Shown piece by piece: positions 12,225 to 22,076 of a stretch of 64,000 bases of DNA. Origin of the DNA: Candidatus Aceula meridiana (GTDB taxonomy: Bacteria; Omnitrophota; Gorgyraeia; Zapsychrales; Aceulaceae); NCBI GenBank assembly GCA_030765185.1, contig JAVCDE010000031.1:4650-68649 (forward strand), written 5' to 3'. Below the pieces are notes generated by a model. That model had not been told where the DNA came from. It worked only from the letters and a program-made list of their open reading frames with translations, and did not search any database. The position numbers and the translations under genes were made by a program. How positions within the stretch are numbered: position 1 is the first letter of the stretch; the number at the start of each line of letters is the position of its first letter.

Positions 12225-15200
12225 TTCCTTTGGCCTCTTCTAAAACACGACGATAATCATGCGGATAAACTTTTACAAATTGCGAAACAGTCGTCTCCCA
12301 GTTGTCCAAAATTCCCTTAGCAACCGTGCTTTGTGTCTGCGTAAAATGTTTTTCAATGAGTTTCTTTAGCTCGGCGATATCTGCAGTATCGTCAGCATCA
12401 ACCAAATCCACCATGCCAAGATTACATTGATTCTTAAACTCTTTGTTTTTATCCCAAATGTAAGCCAAACCACCGCTCATCCCAGCTGCAAAATTGCGTC
12501 CCGTAGGTCCTAAAACAACAACGCGCCCACCTGTCATATATTCACATCCATGATCACCGATACCCTCGACAACGGCATGAACGCCGCTATTACGTACACA
12601 AAAACGCTCACCGGCAATTCCACGAATAAAAACTTCGCCTTTAATTGCTCCGTAAAGAATGACGTTGCCCACAATAATATTTTCTTCAGGAACAAACGTT
12701 GCTGCCTTCGGAGGCACGACAACAATTCTTCCACCGGAGAGGCCTTTGCCCATATAATCATTACTATCGCCTTCTAATCGGAATGTAACACCGTTAGCTA
12801 GAAAAGCACCAAAACTCTGACCAGCTGATCCTTTAAAATTAATTTTAATGGTATCTTCAGGCAAACCCGCCAACCCATAACGCTTAGCAATTTCATGACT
12901 TAGAGTTGTTCCGACGGTACGATTTGTATTCTGAATCGGTAAATCAAGCTTCACCGGCTGCTTTTTCTCTAACGCTTTTGATGCGAGTTTGATAATCTCT
13001 CTATCTAAAGCCTTCTCAAGGCCATGGGTTTGTGTATTACAATGAAAAGTTTTTACCTCTTTAGGAACTTGCGGTTTATATAAAACGTTTGTTAGATCAA
13101 TACCTTTTAATTTCCAATGACCAATGACCTCTTGTGTTTCTAATAAATCAACGCGGCCAATCATCTCGTTAAATGTTTTAATCCCAATCTCAGCCATAAT
13201 CTCGCGGCATTCTTGTGCAACAAACATAAAATAATTCACAACATGTTCTGGTTTTCCGGTGAAATTCTTTCGAAGCTCTGGATCTTGCGTGGCAATCCCT
13301 ACTGAGCAAGCGTTCAAATGGCATTTGCGAAGCATCACACATCCCATTGTTACAAGAGCAATTGTTGCAAAGCCAAACTCATCAGCGCCGAGCATTGCCA
13401 TAATCGCAACATCACGCCCAGTCCGCAGCTGGCTATCTGCCTGAACGCGGATACGCCCTCTTAAATCATTCATGACCAAGACCTGCTGTGTTTCAGCAAT
13501 TCCTAATTCTAAAGGAAGTCCGGCATTCTTAATCGATGTTTGCGGTGACGCACCGGTTCCTCCACCATAACCGCTAATCAAAAGATGATCAGCTTTTCCC
13601 TTCGAAACCCCTGCTGCGACAGTTCCGACACCGACCTCTGAAACAAGCTTAACGCTAACATCAGCACTGGGATTGGCGTTCTTTAGATCATGGATTAATT
13701 GCGCCAAGTCTTCAATAGAGTAAATATCATGATGTGGTGGCGGAGAAATTAACCCTACACCCTTAGTCGTATATCGGGTATTTGCAATTTCTTGGCTAAC
13801 TTTATGCCCAGGAAGCTGTCCTCCTTCACCGGGTTTAGCACCTTGCGCCATTTTAATTTGTAGCTGGTCAGCATTCGTTAAATATTCAATCGTAACGCCA
13901 AAGCGTCCTTGCGCAACTTGCTTAATACGGCTGCATCTAGAATCACCATTAGGCAGCGGTTTAAAACGCTCCGGATTTTCGCCACCTTCGCCGGTATTCG
14001 AAAATGCTTTTAAACGATTCATGGCGATGGCCATTGTTTCGTGTGCCTCTTTAGAAATCGAACCGTAACTCATAGCGCCTGTGGCAAAACGCTTAACAAT
14101 TTCGCTTACTGGCTCTACTTCTTTTATGGGGATCGAATTTCCTTTCTTAAATTTTAAAAGCCCACGAATCGTTGCTAAATTTGTCTCCTGACTGTTAATA
14201 AGGTCTGCAAACTTCTTGTAAAAATCGTATTTATCGTTTTTGACAGCATAATGAAGTGAAGCAATTGCATCAGGATTAAGCTGATGATGCTCTCCGCCTT
14301 TACGCCAGGCATAATGCCCGCCATCTTCTAAAAAATTATCCGGAAGATCATCCTCTGGATATGCAGCGTCATGGCGCAAAAACATTTCTTTGACAACAGT
14401 TTCAACGTCAACTCCCCCGATTCGAGATGGTGTCGCCGTAAAATATTTATCAATAAGCTCTTGACCTAAACCTACAGCCTCAAAAATCTGGGCTCCGCAA
14501 TAAGATTGCGTTGTTGAAATTCCCATTTTTGATGTAATTTTAAAAAGTCCTTTACGTGTGGACTTTAAGAAATTCTCCAAAAGAATCTCAAGCGTCAAAT
14601 CCTCAGGATAGCGTCCTTTATTAAATTCGTTCTCAATGGTTTCAAGAGCAAGGTATGGATTAATTGCATTCGCTCCGTATCCGATAAGAGTTGCAAAGTG
14701 ATGCATTTCTCGCGCTTCACCCGTTTCAAGAACGATGCTTGCCTTCGTACGCGTTCCTTGTTTCACAAGATGATGATGAAGCGCCGCACAAGCTAAAAGA
14801 GACGGACTGGATACGTGACTCTTATTCACGCCTCGGTCTGAAAGAATAATTATTGTGTGTTTGTGTTTAATCGCCTTATCTGCTTGGGCAAAAAGTTTTT
14901 CTAATTCCTTCTCGATTGACTGAGGCCCTCTATCCTTTTTTAAAAGTATTGATAGCGTAACACTGCTCAAGCCCTTCTTGTTTAGCTGACGAATCTTTTC
15001 TAAATCCTCGTTGAGTAAAATCGGTCTCTTAAGTTTTAAACGTCGAATATGCTCAGGCGTTTCTTTCAAAAGGTCTCCCTCAGCCCCTAGAAGTACATCT
15101 TCGGCCATAATAATTTCTTCACGAATCGCATCTACCGGAGGGTTTGTAACTTGAGCGAAAAGCTGTTTAAAGTAAGTAAATAAAAGACGTGGCTTTCGAG

Positions 15201-16731
15201 ATAGTACGGCCAAAGGCGTGTCCTCCCCCATAGACCCTGTTGCTTCTTTACCATCGGTAACCATGGGATAAAGAACAATTTTTAAATCTTCTAAGGTATA
15301 ACCAAAAACCTTTTGGCGCTCAAGCAATGTTTTTTCATCTAGTCCTTTTGCTTGCCAAGGCTTTGGCAATGTTTCAATATCAACAGATTGTTCTTGAATC
15401 CACTTTTGATAAGGATTCTTACTTGTGTATGATTTCTTAATTTCCTCATCATCAATAATTCGTCCTTCTTGCGTATCCACTAAAAACATCCGTCCAGGCT
15501 GTAGGCGTCCTTTCATCAACACATTTGCGGGTTCAATAGGCAAAACTCCTGCTTCCGAGGCCATAATAACCATATTGTCTTTTGTCACAAGATAACGTGA
15601 AGGACGAAGCCCATTTCTATCTAAAATAGCTCCGATATAACGTCCATCTGAAAAAGCAATCGATGCAGGTCCATCCCACGGTTCCATCAAAGCAGAATGA
15701 TATTCATAAAAAGCTTTCTTCTCTTCGCTCATACCTTCATGTCCGCTCCATGCCTCAGGAATCATCATCATAATGGCATGTGGCAGAGAGCGTCCGCACA
15801 ACATCAACATCTCTAAAACATTGTCAAATGTAGCTGAATCGCTGGCGTGAGGCGTGATGATAGGAAGAATTTTCTTTGTGTCTTTACCAAAAAGCTCGCT
15901 ATAAAATTGCATTTCCCGAGCATGCATCCAGTTGATATTGCCGCGAAGAGTATTAATCTCCCCGTTATGAACCATCATGCGATAAGGATGTGCTAAAGCC
16001 CATGTTGGAAATGTATTTGTACTATAGCGCGAATGTACCATCGCGAGACAGGAAGTCATGGCGGGGTCGTTTAAATCTTTGTAAAAAACACTAACCTGCT
16101 CCGCCATCAATTGGCCTTTATAAACAATGGTTTTTGAAGAAAGGCTGCAGATATAAAAATAATTCTTTTGAAGAATTTCGGACTCACGCATTTTAACTTC
16201 CATGCGTTTTCGGATCACATAAAGCTTGCGTTCAAAATCTTGATTGTCTCTTACTTGCTTACCCTTACCAATAAAAACTTGCTTAAACTCCGGCTCAACC
16301 GAACAAGCGATTTTTCCAATCTTGCTGCTGTCCGTTGGGACCTTTCGCCACCCTAAAAGAATTTGTCCTTCCTCTTTGATAATTTCTTCAAGCCATTCTT
16401 CGCAAATCTTCTGACTTTTTCCATCCGTCGGTAAAAAAACGATTCCAGCTCCATAAGCCCCTTCTTCAGGCAAATCGATATTAAAACTTGCACTTTCTTT
16501 ACGAAAAAATTCATCAGGAATTTGAATCAAAAGCCCTGCACCATCTCCCGTTAAAGGATCAGATCCTGTGGCGCCGCGGTGGGTGAGATTTTCTAAAATC
16601 TTAAGGCCGTCTTGAATAATTTTGTGAGACCTGTTGCCTTTGATGTTTGCGATAAACCCAATACCGCAACTATCTTTCTCAAAGGCAGGGTCATAGAGGC
16701 CCTGTTTCTTAGGATAAAGGAGATCTTTCAT
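12175..16731 (-). CDS. gltB: Glutamate synthase large subunit.
   Basis: 1518 aa with an N-terminal CGIGFIAN amidotransferase, a central domain, an FMN domain and a C-terminal GXGXG domain. Confidence 0.9.
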   Translation of the reverse strand: MKDLLYPKKQGLYDPAFEKDSCGIGFIANIKGNRSHKIIQDGLKILENLTHRGATGSDPLTGDGAGLLIQIPDEFFRKESASFNIDLPEEGAYGAGIVFLPTDGKSQKICEEWLEEIIKEEGQILLGWRKVPTDSSKIGKIACSVEPEFKQVFIGKGKQVRDNQDFERKLYVIRKRMEVKMRESEILQKNYFYICSLSSKTIVYKGQLMAEQVSVFYKDLNDPAMTSCLAMVHSRYSTNTFPTWALAHPYRMMVHNGEINTLRGNINWMHAREMQFYSELFGKDTKKILPIITPHASDSATFDNVLEMLMLCGRSLPHAIMMMIPEAWSGHEGMSEEKKAFYEYHSALMEPWDGPASIAFSDGRYIGAILDRNGLRPSRYLVTKDNMVIMASEAGVLPIEPANVLMKGRLQPGRMFLVDTQEGRIIDDEEIKKSYTSKNPYQKWIQEQSVDIETLPKPWQAKGLDEKTLLERQKVFGYTLEDLKIVLYPMVTDGKEATGSMGEDTPLAVLSRKPRLLFTYFKQLFAQVTNPPVDAIREEIIMAEDVLLGAEGDLLKETPEHIRRLKLKRPILLNEDLEKIRQLNKKGLSSVTLSILLKKDRGPQSIEKELEKLFAQADKAIKHKHTIIILSDRGVNKSHVSSPSLLACAALHHHLVKQGTRTKASIVLETGEAREMHHFATLIGYGANAINPYLALETIENEFNKGRYPEDLTLEILLENFLKSTRKGLFKITSKMGISTTQSYCGAQIFEAVGLGQELIDKYFTATPSRIGGVDVETVVKEMFLRHDAAYPEDDLPDNFLEDGGHYAWRKGGEHHQLNPDAIASLHYAVKNDKYDFYKKFADLINSQETNLATIRGLLKFKKGNSIPIKEVEPVSEIVKRFATGAMSYGSISKEAHETMAIAMNRLKAFSNTGEGGENPERFKPLPNGDSRCSRIKQVAQGRFGVTIEYLTNADQLQIKMAQGAKPGEGGQLPGHKVSQEIANTRYTTKGVGLISPPPHHDIYSIEDLAQLIHDLKNANPSADVSVKLVSEVGVGTVAAGVSKGKADHLLISGYGGGTGASPQTSIKNAGLPLELGIAETQQVLVMNDLRGRIRVQADSQLRTGRDVAIMAMLGADEFGFATIALVTMGCVMLRKCHLNACSVGIATQDPELRKNFTGKPEHVVNYFMFVAQECREIMAEIGIKTFNEMIGRVDLLETQEVIGHWKLKGIDLTNVLYKPQVPKEVKTFHCNTQTHGLEKALDREIIKLASKALEKKQPVKLDLPIQNTNRTVGTTLSHEIAKRYGLAGLPEDTIKINFKGSAGQSFGAFLANGVTFRLEGDSNDYMGKGLSGGRIVVVPPKAATFVPEENIIVGNVILYGAIKGEVFIRGIAGERFCVRNSGVHAVVEGIGDHGCEYMTGGRVVVLGPTGRNFAAGMSGGLAYIWDKNKEFKNQCNLGMVDLVDADDTADIAELKKLIEKHFTQTQSTVAKGILDNWETTVSQFVKVYPHDYRRVLEEAKGIVEKQVQEEEIENGSD

Positions 16732-16958
16732 AATTTGAATTTATTGACTTTGATCTTGAGCTTTTTGATCTTAGAATGTATCGTGTTGCGATTAATTCCT
16801 AAGGTCTTTGCAGCTAAAATTTTATTGCCGCCGGCAAGTTCTAGCGCCCTTTCGATGATAATGCGTTCAACGTCATCGATAATATAGCGATAAATTTCGC
16901 CTCGCTTAGCCTCGATAAAGTCCTGCTTGACTTTTTGTTCGATAATTTTTCTATTCAT
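16728..16958 (-). CDS. Small Fis-family helix-turn-helix DNA-binding protein (76 aa).
   Basis: The C-terminus ILAAKTLGINRNTIHSKIKKL is a Fis/NtrC-type HTH. The stop overlaps the gltB start (ATGA). Confidence 0.55.
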   Translation of the reverse strand: MNRKIIEQKVKQDFIEAKRGEIYRYIIDDVERIIIERALELAGGNKILAAKTLGINRNTIHSKIKKLKIKVNKFKL

Positions 16959-17000
16959 TGTATTATTTTTTCTTCCCTTAGCAATCTTTAAATGAAAATT

Positions 17001-18692
17001 TTACTTCTCGCGATATTTATTAGTAATTGGCAGCCGTCTGTCTTTGCCAAAGGCTTTAGGGCTAATCTTAATCCCTAAAGGAGCCTGACGCCTTTTATAT
17101 TCCATATGGTCAACTAAGTCGACTGTTTTTTTAACGAGCGAACGGGCTTTCTTATCCTTTAAGAATTTCCCAATGGCCTGATCACCCTCAACATAGGCTG
17201 CTAAAATAGCATCCAAGACGTCATAGGCCGGCAAGCTATCCTGATCTTTTTGATTCTTCTTTAATTCTGCCGTAGGAGCCCTCTTGATAATGCTTTGAGG
17301 AATCACTGCCTTTTTTCCTTTTTTATTCCGAAACTCTACTAATTTGTAAACTCTAGTTTTAGGAATGTCTTTAATAACCGCGAATCCTCCTGCCATGTCT
17401 CCGTAGAGGGTACAATACCCAACCGCTGTCTCACTTTTGTTTCCTGTTGTCAGAACGAGATGCCCATGCTTATTGGAAATAGCCATTAAGATATTTCCCC
17501 GGATGCGCGCCTGTAAATTCTGTTCCGCGACATCTGAAGGCGTTTTGCCAAAAATTGTCTTTAAAATTTTTAAATACTCAGCAAAAATACTCTTAATGGA
17601 AAGTTCCATAAACTCAATGCCAAGGTTTTGAGCCAATCTCTTAGCGTCCTTTTTGGTTCCAGAAGATGTGTATGGGCTCGGCATGGAAACACCAAGAACG
17701 TTTTTAGCACCTAAGGCATCACGAGCGATGGCAGCCACAAGAGCAGAATCAATTCCGCCACTGATTCCGATAACAGCCTTTTTAAAACCATTTTTATAAA
17801 GATAATCTCGCGTCCCTAAAACAAGAGCTTGATAGATTTCCTCTTCTGTTTTTAAATGTTTGTGAACACGGCCTTTGATAAAAATTCCTGCTTTGGTCTT
17901 GAAGTTCTTTTCAACTCTGATTTTCTCAACACCTTTTCCTTTAGAAGCCTTTGGGGAAACAGCAATATCTGCCACAATTAAATCTTCTTCAAATTGTTTT
18001 CCTGTAGCAAATGTCTTTCCCTTCGGGTCAACAAAAAAGCTTCCTCCGTCGAAAATAAGCTCATCTTGTCCCCCAACCAGATTGCAATAACAAACTGTTG
18101 CTTTAAGTTTTTTAGCGCATGCGGATAAAACTTTTTCTCGTTGCTTCATTTTTCCTAGATGATAAGGTGAAGCTGATAAATTTAAAAGAATCTGCGCTCC
18201 GGCCTTAGCCTGCAGCATACACGGCCCATTATCTGACCAAATATCTTCGCAGATACTAATGCCTAAGCTTATGCCGTCACAAGAAAAAATCTTTACTTTC
18301 TCTCCTTTTTGAAAATAACGCTTTTCATCAAAGACGCCATAATTAGGAAGATTGTTTTTTCGATAAACACTCTTAAGCTTTCCATTCGCGATAACAGCTG
18401 CTGCATTGAAAAGGCTTTTTTGTGAATCGCGGTCAACAAATCCTATGACCACTGTAATATTCTTAGTATGAGGCGTTACGGTTTTTAGTGTCGCCAGATT
18501 GTCGTCAATAAAGTGCTTTTTTAAAAGAAGATCTTCCGGAGGATATCCTGTAATGCTTAATTCTGGAAAAACAACAACATCAGAGCTCATCGCGCGGGCT
18601 TTTTGAATAGCCGAAACAATCTTTTCGGCATTGCCGTTAAGATCGCCGACCGTTGTGTTAATTTGAGCTAAAGCAATGCGGATATTTTTCAT
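17001..18692 (-). CDS. nadE: Glutamine-dependent NAD+ synthetase (N-terminal CN-hydrolase domain plus NAD synthetase domain).
   Basis: 563 aa with a nitrilase-like N-domain and a PP-loop SGGIDS motif. Confidence 0.9.
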   Translation of the reverse strand: MKNIRIALAQINTTVGDLNGNAEKIVSAIQKARAMSSDVVVFPELSITGYPPEDLLLKKHFIDDNLATLKTVTPHTKNITVVIGFVDRDSQKSLFNAAAVIANGKLKSVYRKNNLPNYGVFDEKRYFQKGEKVKIFSCDGISLGISICEDIWSDNGPCMLQAKAGAQILLNLSASPYHLGKMKQREKVLSACAKKLKATVCYCNLVGGQDELIFDGGSFFVDPKGKTFATGKQFEEDLIVADIAVSPKASKGKGVEKIRVEKNFKTKAGIFIKGRVHKHLKTEEEIYQALVLGTRDYLYKNGFKKAVIGISGGIDSALVAAIARDALGAKNVLGVSMPSPYTSSGTKKDAKRLAQNLGIEFMELSIKSIFAEYLKILKTIFGKTPSDVAEQNLQARIRGNILMAISNKHGHLVLTTGNKSETAVGYCTLYGDMAGGFAVIKDIPKTRVYKLVEFRNKKGKKAVIPQSIIKRAPTAELKKNQKDQDSLPAYDVLDAILAAYVEGDQAIGKFLKDKKARSLVKKTVDLVDHMEYKRRQAPLGIKISPKAFGKDRRLPITNKYREK

Positions 18693-18728
18693 TTTTGCTT
18701 ATTTCTTAGGCATAAATTGTTAAATTTT

Positions 18729-19436
18729 TTATTGGGACTCTTTGACAATATCTAAAAAATTGTTATAAAGGATGTCAGCTGCTGTATTAAATTTTGTCTT
18801 CATTTTATCATAATCGCCCAAGATGTCTTGCGCTTTTTGATCTTGCTCGGCATCCTCTATTTTCCAATATTCTTTAATCCAGCTTTCAATAATATCCCGC
18901 TTTACCTCTACGTGGAACTGTAGGCCATAAGCATTTTTTCCTACCCGAAATGCTTGGTGATGGCATCTTTCTGACTGGGCTAGATGTCTTGCTTGTTTCG
19001 GAATATTAAAAGCATCTTCATGCCACTGAAAGACCTTTAAATTCGGCTCCAACCCCTTAAAAAGCGGGTCACAGGTACCCTCCTCAGTTAGTGCAACATC
19101 ATAAAAACCAACTTCTTTTTCAGGCGCCTTCGTGACTTTGGCATCGCAAGCCTTGGCCAAAAGCTGAGATCCGAGACAGATCCCCATAAAAGGGATTTCA
19201 GCTTCAATAACCTTTTGAATAAAAAGATTTTCGTCGGCCAAAAAAGGATGCTTTTGTTCTTCATAAACATTCATTGGCCCGCCTAAAACAACTACAGACT
19301 CAATGTCTTCAAGTGAGGCCGGGAGACTTTCACCGGCTTCGAGATCAATTATTCTTGTCTTAAAGCCGGCGTTTTTAAAAAAGTCACCCATTGTTCCTGG
19401 GCCTTCAATGGCAATCTGCTTTAAAAAAACAATCAC
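18729..19436 (-). CDS. Class I glutamine amidotransferase (stand-alone GATase1, GuaA-N-like).
   Basis: GICLGSQLL catalytic Cys motif and downstream His region in a 235-aa protein. Confidence 0.7.
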   Translation of the reverse strand: MIVFLKQIAIEGPGTMGDFFKNAGFKTRIIDLEAGESLPASLEDIESVVVLGGPMNVYEEQKHPFLADENLFIQKVIEAEIPFMGICLGSQLLAKACDAKVTKAPEKEVGFYDVALTEEGTCDPLFKGLEPNLKVFQWHEDAFNIPKQARHLAQSERCHHQAFRVGKNAYGLQFHVEVKRDIIESWIKEYWKIEDAEQDQKAQDILGDYDKMKTKFNTAADILYNNFLDIVKESQ

Positions 19437-19449
19437 TCTTGCTCCTTAT

Positions 19450-21555
19450 TTAAAGCATAAAAAGCATCTCAGCATAAGAAGGAAGCGGCCAAAGATCTGC
19501 CGGAACTAATCCTTCTAAAACATCGATAGGTTTACGAAGCGCTACCATCGCAGCTTTTGTTTTTAAAGGATCGCCTTTTTTAATTGCGCCTTCAAGCTTG
19601 TCGGTTAGCTCTAGAGACTCTTCAAGCTTTGCCGTAATCTCTTTTAAAAGCTTGCGAGAAGCTTTAGATTTTGTTTTGTTCACTGCTTCGACCGACTTAA
19701 TTGTATCAGCCAACTCATTTTGATATGTCACAACAGCCGGTAAAATTATGGTCTTGGCCATATCTGCAGTTAAAGATGCTTCATAATTAATAATTGTTTC
19801 ATACGTTTCAAGATAGACGTCATGACGAGAAACAAGCTCTTTCTTAGTCAAAACACTATACTTCTCAAAAAGATTAACAACCTCAGGTTTTGTGACTTCG
19901 CCTAAAGCCTCAACAGTGTTCTTAAGATTTGGAAGTCCTCTCTTTTGGGCTTCCTTAACCCAAGCCTCTGTATAGTTGTCGCCATTATAAATGACTCTCT
20001 TATGCTTCTTGATAATATCCTGAAGAAGTTTTTGAACAGCTTTATTAAAAGCATCTTTTGATTTTCCTGCCTTTTCAAGTGTTGTGCAAACTTCATCTAA
20101 GCTTTCAGCCACAATTGTATTTAAAACAATATTTGCTCCCGCTAAACTCGCGTTAGAACCAACAGCGCGAAATTCAAACTTAGCGCCTGTAAAAGCAAAA
20201 GGAGAAGTTCTGTTTCTATCTGTAGCATCTCTTGGTAGTTTTGGCAAAGAGTCAACGCCGATTTCTAGAACGCCACCTTTTTTAGATGTCTTTGCTCCAC
20301 CTTTTTCAATCTGCTCGATAATGTCCGTCAGCTGTTCACCTAAAAAGATAGAAATAATCGCCGGCGGTGCTTCATGAGAACCTAATCGATGATCGTTTCC
20401 TGCTGAAGCAATCGAAGCCCGCAACATACCGGCATGCGTATCCACGGCTTTGATAATTGCAGCCAAAACAACCAAAAACTTGGCATTATCATGGGGGTTA
20501 TCTCCCGGAGCAAGCCAGTTTTTACCATCTGGTCCTACAACAGACCAGTTGTTATGCTTACCCGAACCATTAACACCTGCAAAAGGTTTTTCATGGAGAA
20601 GGCATGTGAGTCCGTGCTTTTCAGCGACTTTTTGCATAACCTCCATGCAAAGCATATTATGATCTACGGCCAAATTAAGGCTTTCAAAAACAGGAGCTAG
20701 CTCAAATTGAGCCGGAGCAACTTCGTTATGCTGAGTTTTAGCAGGAATGCCTAAGCGCCACATCTCTTTGTTAAGGTCTTCCATAAACCCAATAACGCGG
20801 TTTTTGATGGCTCCGAAATAATGGTCGGCCATCTGTTGATGCTTTGCAGGCTCTTTTCCAAAAAGCGTTCGGCCTGTTTGAATAAGGTCGATTCTTTGAA
20901 GATAAAGATCCCTGTCAATCAAGAAATATTCTTGCTCACCGCCTAATGTTGCATAGGCTTGTTTTCCTTTCGAGCTAATGCCGAAAATTTCTGCCAAACG
21001 GCAAACTTGTTTTGACAAAGCTTTCATGGAGCGCAAAAGAGGTGTTTTCTTGTCCAACGCATCCCCATGCCATCCAATAAAATAAGTTGGAATGCAAAGT
21101 GTCGCTCCATTTGGGCCTTCTTTAATAAAGGCGGGACTAGTCGGATCCCATCCCGTGTAACCACGAGCTTCAAATGTAGGACGTAAGCCACCCGACGGAA
21201 AACTTGATGCGTCAGGTTCACCTTGAGTTAATTCTTTTCCGGAAAACTTAATAACCACGCCACCTTCATCATCCGGAGAAATGAACGCATCGTGTTTTTC
21301 AGCGGTCAACCCAGTCAAAGGTTGAAACCAGTGTGTGAAGTGAGTGGCTCCCTTGGAAACAGCCCAAGTTTTCATCGCATCAGCGACTTCGTCAGCGATG
21401 TTCGGGTCTAACAGGCCCCCCATTGTAATTGTTTTGCTTAAAGATTTATAAGCTTTTTCCGATAAGTAATTACGCATAACCTTTAAGCTAAACACGTTTT
21501 CCCCATAGAAGTCCCCAATCGTTTCTATGGCTTGACTTTTTGATGTTTTTTTCAC
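19450..21555 (-). CDS. glnN: Glutamine synthetase type III.
   Basis: ~700 aa is the size typical of GSIII, and GS catalytic-domain motifs are present. The start is GTG, preceded by AAGGAGGAG. Confidence 0.85.
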   Translation of the reverse strand: MKKTSKSQAIETIGDFYGENVFSLKVMRNYLSEKAYKSLSKTITMGGLLDPNIADEVADAMKTWAVSKGATHFTHWFQPLTGLTAEKHDAFISPDDEGGVVIKFSGKELTQGEPDASSFPSGGLRPTFEARGYTGWDPTSPAFIKEGPNGATLCIPTYFIGWHGDALDKKTPLLRSMKALSKQVCRLAEIFGISSKGKQAYATLGGEQEYFLIDRDLYLQRIDLIQTGRTLFGKEPAKHQQMADHYFGAIKNRVIGFMEDLNKEMWRLGIPAKTQHNEVAPAQFELAPVFESLNLAVDHNMLCMEVMQKVAEKHGLTCLLHEKPFAGVNGSGKHNNWSVVGPDGKNWLAPGDNPHDNAKFLVVLAAIIKAVDTHAGMLRASIASAGNDHRLGSHEAPPAIISIFLGEQLTDIIEQIEKGGAKTSKKGGVLEIGVDSLPKLPRDATDRNRTSPFAFTGAKFEFRAVGSNASLAGANIVLNTIVAESLDEVCTTLEKAGKSKDAFNKAVQKLLQDIIKKHKRVIYNGDNYTEAWVKEAQKRGLPNLKNTVEALGEVTKPEVVNLFEKYSVLTKKELVSRHDVYLETYETIINYEASLTADMAKTIILPAVVTYQNELADTIKSVEAVNKTKSKASRKLLKEITAKLEESLELTDKLEGAIKKGDPLKTKAAMVALRKPIDVLEGLVPADLWPLPSYAEMLFML

Positions 21556-21571
21556 GAACTCCTCCTTTTTT

Positions 21572-21599
21572 CCGCCGAGGGCGGATCCGCCCTCGGTGG
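21572..21599 (-). promoter_or_regulatory. Perfect 22-bp GC-rich palindrome (CCGAGGGCGGATCCGCCCTCGG) between glnK and glnN. It is a stem-loop without a U-tract.
   Basis: The inverted repeat with a central GGATCC was read directly. On the minus strand it is followed by AAAAAAGGAGGAG and the glnN start. A possible transcript processing/stability or attenuation element. Confidence 0.4.
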
Positions 21600-21628
21600 C
21601 ACATTAATTAAACATCTTGCCTTTTTCT

Positions 21629-21970
21629 CTACCCTATAGCCTCGATTCCTTCTTCTTCAGTCCGAATGCGGATGCAGCGCGGCAAATCTAAAACAAAAAT
21701 CTTTCCATCCCCGATATTTCCTGATTTGGCGCCCTTGATAATCGCTTTAATCGTCGGCTCAACAAAATCTTTGTTGACTCCAATCTCAAGACGAACCTTT
21801 TTCAAAAGGTTTACCTCGTGGACAACACCTCGATACGTCTCGCTATAGCCTCTTTGCTGGCCACATCCTAAGACATTTGTGACTGTCATTTTGTGAACAC
21901 CTGCCTCAAAGAGTGCTTTCTTAACATCCGGAAGCTTGTGAGGCTGAATCATTGCTATAATCAGTTTCAT
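21629..21970 (-). CDS. glnK: Nitrogen regulatory protein P-II.
   Basis: 112 aa starting [13 protein letters not shown], with a T-loop containing the uridylylation-site Tyr context RGYSETYRG. Confidence 0.9.
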   Translation of the reverse strand: MKLIIAMIQPHKLPDVKKALFEAGVHKMTVTNVLGCGQQRGYSETYRGVVHEVNLLKKVRLEIGVNKDFVEPTIKAIIKGAKSGNIGDGKIFVLDLPRCIRIRTEEEGIEAIG

Positions 21971-22041
21971 ATTCTCTCTCCTTTAAATGAGCGTATAATT
22001 TACGTGACCGCAAGAAGCGTAAATTATTTACGCGAATTTAT

Positions 22042-22063
22042 CCCGCACATAAAATGTGTCGGG
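22042..22063 (-). repeat. Bulged GC hairpin motif, copy 1 (CCCGCACAT-aaa-ATGTGTCGGG), 11 nt after the amt stop.
   Basis: It is one of three copies (24159, 60480) sharing the flank GCRARKTTAYCCCGC...GTCGGGA. All have a one-base bulge, and the inner stem shows compensatory changes. Confidence 0.5.
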
Positions 22064-22076
22064 ACGGTCTATGTTC

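Noticed and set aside
21597-21620. TGGCAC hexamer (a sigma54 -24-like element) next to the glnK-glnN palindrome.
   Set aside because: It is on the plus strand while all neighbouring genes are on the minus strand. The spacing to any TTGC(A) element does not fit the GG-N10-GC rule.
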